This document shows positions 49,392 to 59,114 of a stretch of 64,000 nt of DNA, in pieces; position 1 is the stretch's first letter, and each line of letters starts with the position of its first letter. The position numbers were made by a program, and so were the translations under genes. The notes under the pieces are model-generated. The model was given only the letters and a program-made list of their open reading frames with translations. It had not been told where the DNA came from and ran no database searches. The stretch is from Candidatus Zixiibacteriota bacterium. GTDB taxonomy: Bacteria > Zixibacteria > MSB-5A5 > UBA10806 > 4484-95. The stretch lies in NCBI GenBank assembly GCA_037441845.1, contig JBBIRK010000007.1:152824-216823 (forward strand), given 5' to 3'.

Positions 49392-51359
49392 CTACTTGAT
49401 TTCCAGCATCCCCGCGGCCGGGCCCGAGGGGTCAAGAGCGATTGACTCGCGAAAATACCTGTTCGCGGCGGCGCGATCGCCTTTGCGCCACATTATCACC
49501 CCGAGTTCATAATACGCTCTCGCGGTCGGCCGTATGGCGATCGCTTTCTCGTACCAAACCCGCGCCGAATCGAGATTGCCCGCTTGAAAATAGGCCTGAG
49601 CTACATTGCCCGAGTAGTTGCTCAATGCCGGTTTGATCTCGATCGCCCTTTTGAAATGCTCTGCCGCATTCTCGTGGTCGTTTATATATTGCGAGGCAAC
49701 CGCCATTATCAAGTTGGCCAAAGCCGAGCCGGGATTATCTCTCAGGTTTCTTTCGACCTCCGCCATGAATGAATCAGCCAGGGCTGGATTATCCACGCCG
49801 AAACCTGCGCGCAGCGGGTTAATATATTTGAATGCGAATCGCTCGGCCATCGCAGCGTTCTTGCCGTTTTTCTTTATGAATACCAGGTAATTATCATCGA
49901 AATGAACCAGCGCCCATTGGGGGTCGGCGGCAAGCCGGGCCCGAATATTCCCTATCATGGGCGGAAACGGAAGCACCGCGCCGTCGATACCGTAACGTTC
50001 AATCGCTGTCATAGCTTCCGGCGCCCCCTCGACGATCCGACGGTATTTGTTCACGAAATCCTGGCCATAGACATCGAGACGCCCGTCGATAAACACTTTC
50101 CAGCGCGGCCACCCTTTCCAAATCAAGTAGCCGCCGTCGCCCAGCAGGTTCAGCAAATTGCCTTCGAAACCGTTTTCTTCGAGAAACGCCGCCGCCTCCA
50201 GCGGGCCGATATTACCGAGGATACCTATTCCGGTCCGGCCGTTTTTTTTCTGGTAATCGTGAACCAAAAATGACAAGCCTGCTATAAACGCCAAAGCCGG
50301 AACAAAAGTGTAATCTTTCAATACCTTGAAAGACCGACGCCTCAATTTGACTTTCAGCGGCGGCAGAGCCAAGCAGGCTATCGAAATCACGATAGCGAAA
50401 TTCTGGATATTCCGCCTTGCCATCCAGGCAGATACCCCGGTGGCGACCACGATCAAGGAAGTGTCGGGGCGCCGGCGCAACGCCAAAAAAGAAACGATCA
50501 GGCCGAGAAGGCTGGTTAAGACCAAAATCGAGATCGCCAGCCACTCTTCTTTTCCGAGGTATATGGGCGACACCCACTCGGTTATGGTCTGCTTGAACAA
50601 GGGATTGCCGATAATCACGAAAATATATGTATAAATTTCATGAAAATTGGGATTGATCAAACAAACGACGCCGGCAAACAGGGCGGGCAGAAGGAAGATT
50701 TTCGCTTTGCTCTTGGGGGACAACGAAGATTCTCCTCGGCGTAGAAAATGGTAGAACGCCACAATCCAGTAAATCCCTATACCGAGAATGAACCCGCCGT
50801 GGATATTAGCCCACAAAAGAAACAGGGCGGGAAGATAAATCCAGCGCGCCCAGTGGTTTTTGCCGAAATCGGCGAAATCACCGAACAAAATCGTCAGTTC
50901 GATCGCCAGAAAAAGAAACGACAGCGAATGAGGGCGGGCATACATCATGAACGACATCCCCGCCACCGTCAAAATCGCCAGCGAGGCGGCCAGATAAATG
51001 TTTCTTTGGCGTTGCACGCCGAATCGGAAAATCAACAAAGCGATCGCGGCCGATATCACCCCCTTGAACAGCATTAAACCCACTATGCCGCAAGCTTCGT
51101 AAATAAGAAACAGGATGACCTCGGCCAGCCACTCGTGGATCACCCAATGACTGCCGGCGGCGGAAAACGAAAAAAGGTCATGGCGGATAAGACCCTGAGA
51201 GAGGAACAACTCGCCCGCCTCGAGATGCCACCAGATATCGGTATTGGCGATCTTGAAAAAGCCTATCCAGAAAGCGAGGACGGCCAGGAAAGAACCGATA
51301 AGAGGAACTTCAAACGTTGACGGTGAGGAAGCCGGACCGACAGAGCGCTGTTTCTTCAT
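49392..51359 (-). CDS. Polytopic membrane protein (GT-C-like) with C-terminal TPRs
   Basis: NTDIWWHL, HEWL, LWANIHGGF, EW.SP, GGYLIW, FIDGR; many TM helices; TPRs at the C-terminus. Confidence 0.65.
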   Translation of the reverse strand: MKKQRSVGPASSPSTFEVPLIGSFLAVLAFWIGFFKIANTDIWWHLEAGELFLSQGLIRHDLFSFSAAGSHWVIHEWLAEVILFLIYEACGIVGLMLFKGVISAAIALLIFRFGVQRQRNIYLAASLAILTVAGMSFMMYARPHSLSFLFLAIELTILFGDFADFGKNHWARWIYLPALFLLWANIHGGFILGIGIYWIVAFYHFLRRGESSLSPKSKAKIFLLPALFAGVVCLINPNFHEIYTYIFVIIGNPLFKQTITEWVSPIYLGKEEWLAISILVLTSLLGLIVSFLALRRRPDTSLIVVATGVSAWMARRNIQNFAIVISIACLALPPLKVKLRRRSFKVLKDYTFVPALAFIAGLSFLVHDYQKKNGRTGIGILGNIGPLEAAAFLEENGFEGNLLNLLGDGGYLIWKGWPRWKVFIDGRLDVYGQDFVNKYRRIVEGAPEAMTAIERYGIDGAVLPFPPMIGNIRARLAADPQWALVHFDDNYLVFIKKNGKNAAMAERFAFKYINPLRAGFGVDNPALADSFMAEVERNLRDNPGSALANLIMAVASQYINDHENAAEHFKRAIEIKPALSNYSGNVAQAYFQAGNLDSARVWYEKAIAIRPTARAYYELGVIMWRKGDRAAANRYFRESIALDPSGPAAGMLEIK

Positions 51360-51474
51360 GACCTATAGCTTATTCCACGCGCTTGCGAATGTCAAATGCA
51401 ATCGAGATTCATCACCGCCGGAATCGGAAAATGCCTTTGCATTATACAGCGCAGGCTCCTGATCTCCGCGCTGA

Positions 51475-52095
51475 TCAGTCCGCGCTGACCGAGTTGATCA
51501 TGGTCATGAACGTTTTATATGCTTTTTCGATCGTCATACTCGGCCCCACGAGTTTGAAGAAAACCGGGCCGTTCGGCCCCTCGGCGATCGCTCCCACCAT
51601 ACGATAGCCGGGCTTTTTTTCTTTCAACCGCATCATCGGACCGGCCGATAGGCGATAAGTGCCCGAGATATCCAGAAATGTGAATTTCAAGCCGTTTATT
51701 TTCATATTTGATATCTTGGCTTTGCCCGCCGAGCTGGAACCGTCCGGCTGCTCGATCTGACCTATCCAGCGGTCTATATTAGCTTGGACGGTGCCGCCTT
51801 GGCCGGCAGAAAAATAGAACACGGCGCATTCGGCGTGGTCGTTATCGCCGGGAGCCGGCGGGATTATATAGGTGGCTGCTCTCATCTGGTTGTCTTCGCC
51901 TATCGTCCAATCGTCCGGTATTTGCCATTTGAGACCGCCGGCATCTCCCGATCGTGATGGGTTGCTCTCTATATTCGCGGCATCGTTATCGTGTGACGAT
52001 TGACCCTCGGTTTTCGATTTTTCCGAAGGGCCGCATCCCAAAAGCAATAAAACGGCGGCCGATAATGCTATGATTGTTTTTGCGATCCCATTCAT
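51475..52095 (-). CDS. Hypothetical lipoprotein
   Basis: Lipobox LLGC; WQIPDDW, MRAATY, GQGGTVQANIDRWIGQ, FFKLVGP. Confidence 0.7.
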   Translation of the reverse strand: MNGIAKTIIALSAAVLLLLGCGPSEKSKTEGQSSHDNDAANIESNPSRSGDAGGLKWQIPDDWTIGEDNQMRAATYIIPPAPGDNDHAECAVFYFSAGQGGTVQANIDRWIGQIEQPDGSSSAGKAKISNMKINGLKFTFLDISGTYRLSAGPMMRLKEKKPGYRMVGAIAEGPNGPVFFKLVGPSMTIEKAYKTFMTMINSVSAD

Positions 52096-52263
52096 TTTAT
52101 CAACTCCGTATTTTAGGGTTACGCCATTTGTCAACCTGAGACTGGTGGACGCGGTTCCTCCAGGTTACTCCATGATTGTGCGCCAGCGATCGATCGTTCT
52201 ATGAATCGACCCAGCGTAATTTGCTGTTTCTATTCCGCTTGCCGATAATATCGAGCTTTTGCC

Positions 52264-52292
52264 TTGACCTCAACTTATCCGGTCCATATTAT
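52264..52292 (+). promoter_or_regulatory. Sigma-70 promoter of the ABC exporter operon
   Basis: TTGACC-N17-TATTAT. Confidence 0.55.
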
Positions 52293-52363
52293 GAACCAAA
52301 TGCAATCTTTCAAGCAATCCAATTAAATGAAACCGAATCGGACAAAAATAGGTATTTAGATAC

Positions 52364-53557
52364 ATGTCCGACTTTGATAAGGAAAAAATCGACCTGTCGG
52401 CTCTGTCGATCACCAGAAAAGACAGCGATCCGCCGTTTAACGGAGCCAGATATTTCCGTCTTTCGCTCTGGTTGATTATTCCGCTTTCATTCATAATAGC
52501 GCTATGGATTATACTTAAAGGAATATCCCCGGCGGTAGAGGTAAGAATAGCCACGGCCACCGCCCTTACTCAAAACCAGGCGCAAGCGGTACTGAGCGCC
52601 ACCGGCTACGTGGTCGCCCGGCGCAGCGCCGAGGTGGCATCCAAGGCGACCGGCCGACTCGAATATATCGGCGTCGAGGAAGGCGATGAGGTGAAAGCCG
52701 GTCAGATCATCGCTCGACTGGAAAGCGCCGATATGCAGGCCGCGCTCGATCAGGCCCGGGCGTCGCTGGAAAAAATACGTGCGGAAAGCACCGAGGCGGC
52801 CATCAATTTCGCACGCCAAAAGGAACTGCTGGCGGCAGGTTTCTTGACTAAGGCCGAATTCGACATAGCGGAGGCTCGTTTCAAAAGCCTGGTGGCCGAT
52901 ATCCGGTCGGCTGTCGCCGCTGTCAAGCAAGCCGAAATCTCGCTCGAGAATACCACTATCAAAGCGCCGTTCGATGGGACGGTATTAAATAAGTATGCCG
53001 ATGTCGGCGAGATCGTGGCCCCCTTTTCCTCCTCCGCCAGCTCGCGAGGGGCGGTGGTGGTCCTGGCCGACATGTCCTCGCTGGAAGTTGAAGCGGATGT
53101 CGCTGAATCCCATATCCGGCGAATAAAATTGGGACAGGAGTGTGAGATCGTTCTCGATGCCTATCCGGAGCAACGCTACCGCGGTTATGTCAAGAAAATA
53201 GTCCCCACCGCCGATCGATCGCGGGCGACCGTGATGACCAGAGTGGGATTTTCGGATCGGGACGAGAGGGTGCTGCCGGAGATGAGCGCCCGGGTGAATT
53301 TTCTCCAAGAACGCGGAGCCGATTCGCTGCCTTCGACAACCTCTGCGATGGTCCCCAATTCCGCCGTAATCACCCGCGATGGTAACCGATACTGCTTTCT
53401 GGTTGTCGAGGGCAAAGCGGAAATGGTTCCGGTCACAACCGGGCGTCGCCTGGGCGAGCAGACGGAAATTACCTCGGGGCTGGCGGCCGGTCAAAAAGTG
53501 ATACTATCACCGCCGTCGAATCTTAAGCCGAAAACTAAAGTAAAGGTTGTCGAATAA
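52364..53557 (+). CDS. Membrane fusion protein (MacA/HlyD-like)
   Basis: ATGYVVA; VEEGDEVKAGQ; IKAPFDGTV; EADVAES; PTADR; LPEMSARV. Confidence 0.9.
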   Translation: MSDFDKEKIDLSALSITRKDSDPPFNGARYFRLSLWLIIPLSFIIALWIILKGISPAVEVRIATATALTQNQAQAVLSATGYVVARRSAEVASKATGRLEYIGVEEGDEVKAGQIIARLESADMQAALDQARASLEKIRAESTEAAINFARQKELLAAGFLTKAEFDIAEARFKSLVADIRSAVAAVKQAEISLENTTIKAPFDGTVLNKYADVGEIVAPFSSSASSRGAVVVLADMSSLEVEADVAESHIRRIKLGQECEIVLDAYPEQRYRGYVKKIVPTADRSRATVMTRVGFSDRDERVLPEMSARVNFLQERGADSLPSTTSAMVPNSAVITRDGNRYCFLVVEGKAEMVPVTTGRRLGEQTEITSGLAAGQKVILSPPSNLKPKTKVKVVE

Positions 53558-53569
53558 GGAAAGCCGCCT

Positions 53570-54244
53570 ATGAACAATCCGCTGGTAACGGTGAAATCCG
53601 TATCCAAAATCTATCGCCGGGACAGTCTCGAGATTCCGGTGCTTAATAACATACATCTTCAGGTCCCGGAGGGTGAATTTCTGGCTTTGATGGGGCCGTC
53701 GGGTTCGGGCAAGACGACTCTTTTGAATCTGATCGCGGGACTCGATCGCCCCAGCGGTGGCGAAATAAACGTGGGAGGAATCCGTATCGACAGCCTTAAA
53801 GAAAAGGAATTGGCCCGCTGGCGCGCCCGAAACGTCGGATTCGTTTTCCAATTCTATAACCTATTGCCCGTGCTTTCGGCGTTCGAAAATGTCGAGTTGC
53901 CGCTGCTTCTGACCGGACTTTCGCGAAAAGAAAGAGCGGATCATGTCAGATTCGCCTTGAAAGTTGTGGGACTCGAGGACAGAATGCATCATTTGCCCAG
54001 GCAACTTTCCGGAGGACAAGAACAACGCGTAGCTATCGCCCGAGCGCTGGTCACCGATCCGAAAATAATTTTGGCCGACGAACCGACCGGCGACCTCGAC
54101 AAGGTTTCTGCCGAAGAAATCATGACTTTGCTCTCGCGGCTCAATCTCGAATATAAAAAGACGATCGTCATGGTGACCCACGATCCCCGGGCGGCTGAAA
54201 AGGCGCGCGTCCGGCGTTATCTGGACAAGGGCGAATTGGTCTGA
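53570..54244 (+). CDS. ABC ATPase (MacB/LolD-like)
   Basis: [39 protein letters not shown]. Confidence 0.93.
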   Translation: MNNPLVTVKSVSKIYRRDSLEIPVLNNIHLQVPEGEFLALMGPSGSGKTTLLNLIAGLDRPSGGEINVGGIRIDSLKEKELARWRARNVGFVFQFYNLLPVLSAFENVELPLLLTGLSRKERADHVRFALKVVGLEDRMHHLPRQLSGGQEQRVAIARALVTDPKIILADEPTGDLDKVSAEEIMTLLSRLNLEYKKTIVMVTHDPRAAEKARVRRYLDKGELV

Positions 54245-54246
54245 TT

Positions 54247-55407
54247 ATGTGGGTATTGCGACTTATCGCCAAGAACGCCGCCAGACATAAGCTGCGCACT
54301 CTGCTCACCGTTCTCGGTTTGGCCGTGGCCATAGTGGCTTTCGGGGTGATAACCACGGCCCTGAATGCCTGGAATACGCAAATCGAACTGATTCCGCCGG
54401 ATCGACTCGTGACCAGGCATGCGGTTTCCTATACGTTTTCGTTGCCTATCTCCTATAAAGATCGGATCGAACAGGTGCCCGGTGTCGAAAGGGTGGCTTA
54501 TGCGAACTGGTTCGGCGGATTGTATCAAAACGATCCCAAGAACTTTTTCGCCAATTATGCCATCGGGCCCGAAAATGGAATCGAATTATACCCCGAGTTC
54601 GTCGTGCCCGAAGACCAGAAGCGCGCTTATTACGAGGATCGCACCGGTTGTATCGCAGGCCAGAAAATCGTCGACAAATTCGGCTGGAAAATCGGCGACG
54701 TCATCCGCCTGACCGGACAGATTTATCCGGGTGATTGGGATTTTACGCTAAGGGGTATATACCGCGGGGCCGAGGTCGGCACCGATGAAACGAGCCTGAT
54801 TTTTCATTGGAAGTATCTCGATGAAAGAATCGGGCAGATGTATCCTGGCTGGTCCGGTCAAGCCGGTTGGTTCGTGGTAAAAATAGCGGACCCGTCCGCC
54901 TCCGCGGCCGTCTGCGCCGCCATAGACGACCTGTTCCGTAACTCGTCGGCGCAAACTTTGACCGAAACGGAGAAAGCGTTTACGATCGGGTTCATCTCCG
55001 GCTTGGATGCCATAATCGTCATGCTGAAAGTGATAAGCTACTTGATCCTCGGCGTGATCTTTCTGGTGCTGGCGAATACCATGCTGATGAGCGCCCGGGA
55101 ACGGATAAACGAATACACCTTGTTGAAAACTCTCGGATTCGGGTCGTTCCGCGTGGCCGGTTTGATCGTGGGAGAATCGCTGATAATCGCGGCTTTGGGG
55201 GGAACGATCGGGATATTGCTGACGTTTCCCGCGGCCGATGCTCTGGGTCGGGCGATGAGTACATTCATCACGGTGATGGCGGTAAAAAGCGGCACGCTGA
55301 TTATGGCGATGGTTTTCGCGCTGCTGGTGGGGATTCTATCGGCCGTCGTTCCCACTATCAGGGCGTTGCGGATATCGATCGTCGAGGGTCTGAGACATAT
55401 AGGATGA
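54247..55407 (+). CDS. ABC permease (MacB/FtsX family)
   Basis: RHKLRTLLT; periplasmic domain; RERINE...LKTLGF; 4-TM topology. Confidence 0.88.
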   Translation: MWVLRLIAKNAARHKLRTLLTVLGLAVAIVAFGVITTALNAWNTQIELIPPDRLVTRHAVSYTFSLPISYKDRIEQVPGVERVAYANWFGGLYQNDPKNFFANYAIGPENGIELYPEFVVPEDQKRAYYEDRTGCIAGQKIVDKFGWKIGDVIRLTGQIYPGDWDFTLRGIYRGAEVGTDETSLIFHWKYLDERIGQMYPGWSGQAGWFVVKIADPSASAAVCAAIDDLFRNSSAQTLTETEKAFTIGFISGLDAIIVMLKVISYLILGVIFLVLANTMLMSARERINEYTLLKTLGFGSFRVAGLIVGESLIIAALGGTIGILLTFPAADALGRAMSTFITVMAVKSGTLIMAMVFALLVGILSAVVPTIRALRISIVEGLRHIG

Positions 55408-55410
55408 CTT

Positions 55411-56577
55411 ATGAAAATTCCGCTTAAATATTCGATCCGAAATCTTCTGGCACGCCGACTTACGACCGCTTTTACGGTGTTCGGAATAACTCTGGTGGTT
55501 TTCGTTTTCGCCGGAGTGTTGATGCTGTCGCAGGGGTTGAAGCAGACCCTCGTCTCCTCGGGAAGTCCGGAAAACGCGGTGGTGATTCGCGCCGGATCGG
55601 GAAGCGAAATGCAAAGTTTCGTAAGTCGTGAACAAGCCGCGGTCATCAGATCGCTGCCCGATATCGCCCTCGATTCCGACGGCCAACCTCTCGTCACCGG
55701 GGAGCTGGTGATAATTCTCAATAAAGACAGACGGACCACCGCCAAAATGGCCAATGTCACGGTGCGGGGCGTGGGGGCTCGCTCCTTCGCCTTGAGGCCG
55801 AACGTAAAGATCATCGAAGGAAGAAATTTCGAGCCGGGCAAGACCGAGATGATCGCCGGCAGGAAGGCCGCGGAATTTTTCAAGGGATGCGGTCCCGGCG
55901 AAAAGTTCGATTTCGGCAATACCCAATGGACGGTGGTGGGTCTGTTCCAAGCCGAAGGCTCGGCGTTCGAGACCGAGTTGTGGGGCGATGTAGACATGGT
56001 GATGCCCGCCGCCGGAAGACAGGTGTATTCCTCGATGCTGTTCCGCATGAAACAGCCGGAAACTTTCGAGATCATGCGCGACAGAATAAAGGCCGATCCG
56101 CGGATGACGGTGGATGTCAAGAGGGAAAAGCAATACTATGCCGAACAAACCCAATCGACCTCGACTTTCATCGAAGCGCTCGGATTGACGGTTACCATAA
56201 TATTCAGCTTGGGCGCCATAATCGGGGCGATGATTACGATGTATGGGGCGGTGGCCAACCGCACGCGGGAAATAGCCACGATGCGCGCCCTCGGCTTCCT
56301 CCGCCGGAATATCCTCGCCGTGTTTTTGATAGAGGCGATAGTCATCTCGGCTGTCGGCGGAATTATCGGATTGGCGGGAGCATCGTTTTTGCAACTCATG
56401 ACGATATCGACGATGAACTGGGACACCTTTTCCGAAATAACGTTCAATTTCCGTCTGAGCCCGGGGATTGCCATCGGCACGATGTTGTTCGCTCTGTCCA
56501 TGGGGATTCTTGGCGGGTTCCTGCCGGCGGTGCGCGCCGCTCGCATAAAAATCGTCGAGGCCTTAAGGGCGGAATAG
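55411..56577 (+). CDS. ABC permease (MacB/FtsX family)
   Basis: RRLTTAFT; RTREIATMRALGF; GGFLPAVRAAR. Confidence 0.88.
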   Translation: MKIPLKYSIRNLLARRLTTAFTVFGITLVVFVFAGVLMLSQGLKQTLVSSGSPENAVVIRAGSGSEMQSFVSREQAAVIRSLPDIALDSDGQPLVTGELVIILNKDRRTTAKMANVTVRGVGARSFALRPNVKIIEGRNFEPGKTEMIAGRKAAEFFKGCGPGEKFDFGNTQWTVVGLFQAEGSAFETELWGDVDMVMPAAGRQVYSSMLFRMKQPETFEIMRDRIKADPRMTVDVKREKQYYAEQTQSTSTFIEALGLTVTIIFSLGAIIGAMITMYGAVANRTREIATMRALGFLRRNILAVFLIEAIVISAVGGIIGLAGASFLQLMTISTMNWDTFSEITFNFRLSPGIAIGTMLFALSMGILGGFLPAVRAARIKIVEALRAE

Positions 56578-56605
56578 AAGAAAAAATCAGGATTCCCAGG
56601 CCAAT

Positions 56606-56634
56606 AAAAAAGGGCGCCGCTACGACGCCCTCTT
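56606..56634. terminator. Intrinsic terminator between convergent genes
   Basis: AAAAAAGGGCG-N9-CGCCCTCTT. Confidence 0.55.
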
Positions 56635-56659
56635 CAAGCGCGGACATTTTTTTCGATAG

Positions 56660-56884
56660 TCAAATCAGGTTATATTTTTGCTTGATTTCCTTCTCCGCCT
56701 GCAACCAATCCGAAAGCGCGTCGCCATGACCGTTGCCCCTGGCCAGATAAATCTCATTGGCCCGCGCCCTGATCTCGGCCATAAGTTCTTCAAGATTCGG
56801 CGGGGGCGGGGAAGCCGGCTTTTTTGCTTTCACTTTGCCGCTGGTTTTCGGCCTGGCCAGGGTTGTCTTTTTCTTTTTTTCCAA
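56660..56884 (-). CDS. DUF2934-like small protein
   Basis: AGGAGG SD; basic N-terminal tail; EIRARANEIYLARG...GDALSDWLQAEKEI. Confidence 0.8.
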   Translation of the reverse strand: MEKKKKTTLARPKTSGKVKAKKPASPPPPNLEELMAEIRARANEIYLARGNGHGDALSDWLQAEKEIKQKYNLI

Positions 56885-57141
56885 TCGAACCTCCTTGAAT
56901 ACATCGATTAATAATTGCTACGACCAATGCCCGGGATTGTTTCAGGCATCGGAGCGGTCGTCCCGTCCAAAAAAAAAGTGTTGTGGCGCTGGTACTATTG
57001 TCAGGATAAACGGCGATAACCGCCAGCCCGAAAATTCTTATAGTGATTTCGCTGGGATTTGGCAAGTGTTTTCGTTCGATTTCCGCCGCTTTTCGGAATC
57101 GACGGACGGCTCGGACAGACATGGGCGGGCGACCAAACCGT

Positions 57142-58134
57142 TCAGCCTCTGGAATCGAAAACGGGTTTTGCCGAAACCAATATATCCTTTATCGATTGTT
57201 CGAGCGATCTCGGTTGCCAACCGAGTTCGTTTCTCGCCTTGCTCGAATCATAATAAAAGCGATAACCGGCCAGCCTGACGATGGCGCGGTTGAGCGGCGG
57301 CTTTCTGCTTTTATGGAATGTCGCCGCCTCCCAAATCGCGCCTACCAGATAAAGCAAAAACAGCGGGACTTTCAAACGGGGCTTTCCGATATTGAGATAT
57401 TTTTCGGCCAGTGCGAACAGCCGGTTATGATCGATGTTTTCGCCGGCAAGAATATATCTTTCGCCGGGTCGTCCTTTCTCGAGAGCAAGAATGATCCCCT
57501 CAACGACGTCGCGGGTATCGACCACGTTTACACCGAATTCGAAATAAGCCGGCAGACATTTCGGAAATCGTCTTTTTTCATCTTCTTGAATCAGCCGATC
57601 CGGCGGAGAGATCATTATCGAGGGATTTACCACTACTGTTTCAAGTTCGCCGTCGTTGGCTTTCAAAGCCAGCAGCTCTGATTCTCTTTTGCATTCGAAA
57701 TAGGGAATCCCCGTGCCGAAAAGATTGAACTCGGCGGTTTCATCGAGCGCTGCCCCCTTTTTTGATCCACCCACGGCCGCAGTCGAAGAGACATGAACGA
57801 GCCGCTTGACTTCGGCCTCCCGACATGCCTGAATGACCGCCCGCGTCCCTTCGACATTGACAGAACGCATCGGCTCCAACGGCATCGGCCGCAAACTTAC
57901 CTTGGCTGCGCAATGAATGACGTAGCGACAACCGGCTGCCGCTCTTTTCAGCCACGACGGCTCCAGCAGATCGCCGAATACGGCCTCAGCCCCCGAGGGA
58001 AGCCAGCGGTCGGCCTTTGACCGGCTGCGATAGTGAGCTCTGACTCGATATCCACTTTCGAGCAAACGCAGTACCAGTCTCCTGCCAAGCTGGCCGCTGG
58101 CGCCGGTCACCAAAACCAAAAACTCCTGACACAT
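57142..58134 (-). CDS. NAD-dependent epimerase/dihydroflavonol-reductase-like (HpnA-like) SDR
   Basis: VTGASGQLG; HCAA; VNVEGT; HVSST; YFECK; VVDTRDV; GERYIL. Confidence 0.85.
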   Translation of the reverse strand: MCQEFLVLVTGASGQLGRRLVLRLLESGYRVRAHYRSRSKADRWLPSGAEAVFGDLLEPSWLKRAAAGCRYVIHCAAKVSLRPMPLEPMRSVNVEGTRAVIQACREAEVKRLVHVSSTAAVGGSKKGAALDETAEFNLFGTGIPYFECKRESELLALKANDGELETVVVNPSIMISPPDRLIQEDEKRRFPKCLPAYFEFGVNVVDTRDVVEGIILALEKGRPGERYILAGENIDHNRLFALAEKYLNIGKPRLKVPLFLLYLVGAIWEAATFHKSRKPPLNRAIVRLAGYRFYYDSSKARNELGWQPRSLEQSIKDILVSAKPVFDSRG

Positions 58135-58192
58135 CACCTTAATTTAGGCGGTAATCCATGAATTATCAATTATCAACCACCGCATTCTGCTG

Positions 58193-58221
58193 TTGACATG
58201 GATTATTCCACTTCTTAATTT
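58193..58221 (+). promoter_or_regulatory. Putative sigma-70 promoter of the TPR-FadL-esterase unit
   Basis: TTGACA-N17-TAATTT. Confidence 0.5.
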
Positions 58222-58244
58222 CGCCATTCAGTAAGGGAAAATAC

Positions 58245-59009
58245 ATGCTTCTTCGTATGTTTGGGATAAGATTGCTTGCAATACTGCCGGCGGTGATAAT
58301 GTTTAAGGCGGTCGATTGCCGAAGCCAGTCAGTGGCTAATACGGCGATCTGCGATTCGCTTTATGCCGCCAACGATTATTCCGGTTCGATAACATGTTAT
58401 GAAGGGTTGATTCGGCAGGATTCGTTGCGAGCCGATCTGCATTGGAAACTTGCCCGAAGTTTGAATCTGCTGGCCGAGCTCGAGCCGAAAGAAAAGCAAC
58501 TTGAGCTGTACGAAAGGGCGTCAACCTCCGCCAAACGCTGTATCGAACTGGATTCCGCGATAGCCGAGGGGCATTTTCAGCTTGCCCGGGCGCTGGGCAA
58601 GATCGCTTTGTTCAAAGGCGTATTCAAGAGCGCGGGGCTGGCTAAACAAGTGAAAAAAGAGGCGGAAAAAGCACTGGCGCTCGATCCAAGACACGACGGT
58701 GCCATGCATCTTTTGGGCCGCTGGCATCGCGAGGTGGCCCAGAAACCCAAATTCCTGCGGGCGCCGATGGGTTTGGGAGCGGCGGATAAAAAAGTGGGGT
58801 TGGAATATTTCGAACGGGCCATCGAATTGAATCCCGAATTGATCAATCACCACCTTGAGTATGGTATCTCGTTATACGATCTCGATCGCAACGACCTGGC
58901 AATAAAAGAATTCGAGCGTTGTCTCGAATTGATTCCAGCCAGGCCGCACGATTATCTCTATCAAAAATCGGCCAAAGAATATCTTGCCAAGCTAAGGCAA
59001 AAGGATTAA
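58245..59009 (+). CDS. Exported TPR protein (RMDN-like)
   Basis: Signal peptide; LHWKLARS, AEGHFQLARALG, AEKALALDP, HLLGRWH, FERAIELNP. Confidence 0.7.
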   Translation: MLLRMFGIRLLAILPAVIMFKAVDCRSQSVANTAICDSLYAANDYSGSITCYEGLIRQDSLRADLHWKLARSLNLLAELEPKEKQLELYERASTSAKRCIELDSAIAEGHFQLARALGKIALFKGVFKSAGLAKQVKKEAEKALALDPRHDGAMHLLGRWHREVAQKPKFLRAPMGLGAADKKVGLEYFERAIELNPELINHHLEYGISLYDLDRNDLAIKEFERCLELIPARPHDYLYQKSAKEYLAKLRQKD

Positions 59010-59114
59010 TTTGGCGCCAATGCCCGAATGATTGGGTTTGTTGAATGAATCCGTGGATGCTGATTTTCGAGGATTTCGCCTGACCAAAATCAAATAAAAT
59101 ATAAGGAGACGGGA

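Noticed and set aside
55038..56394. Two ~350-aa minus-strand ORFs
   Set aside because: Antisense shadows of the ABC permeases.
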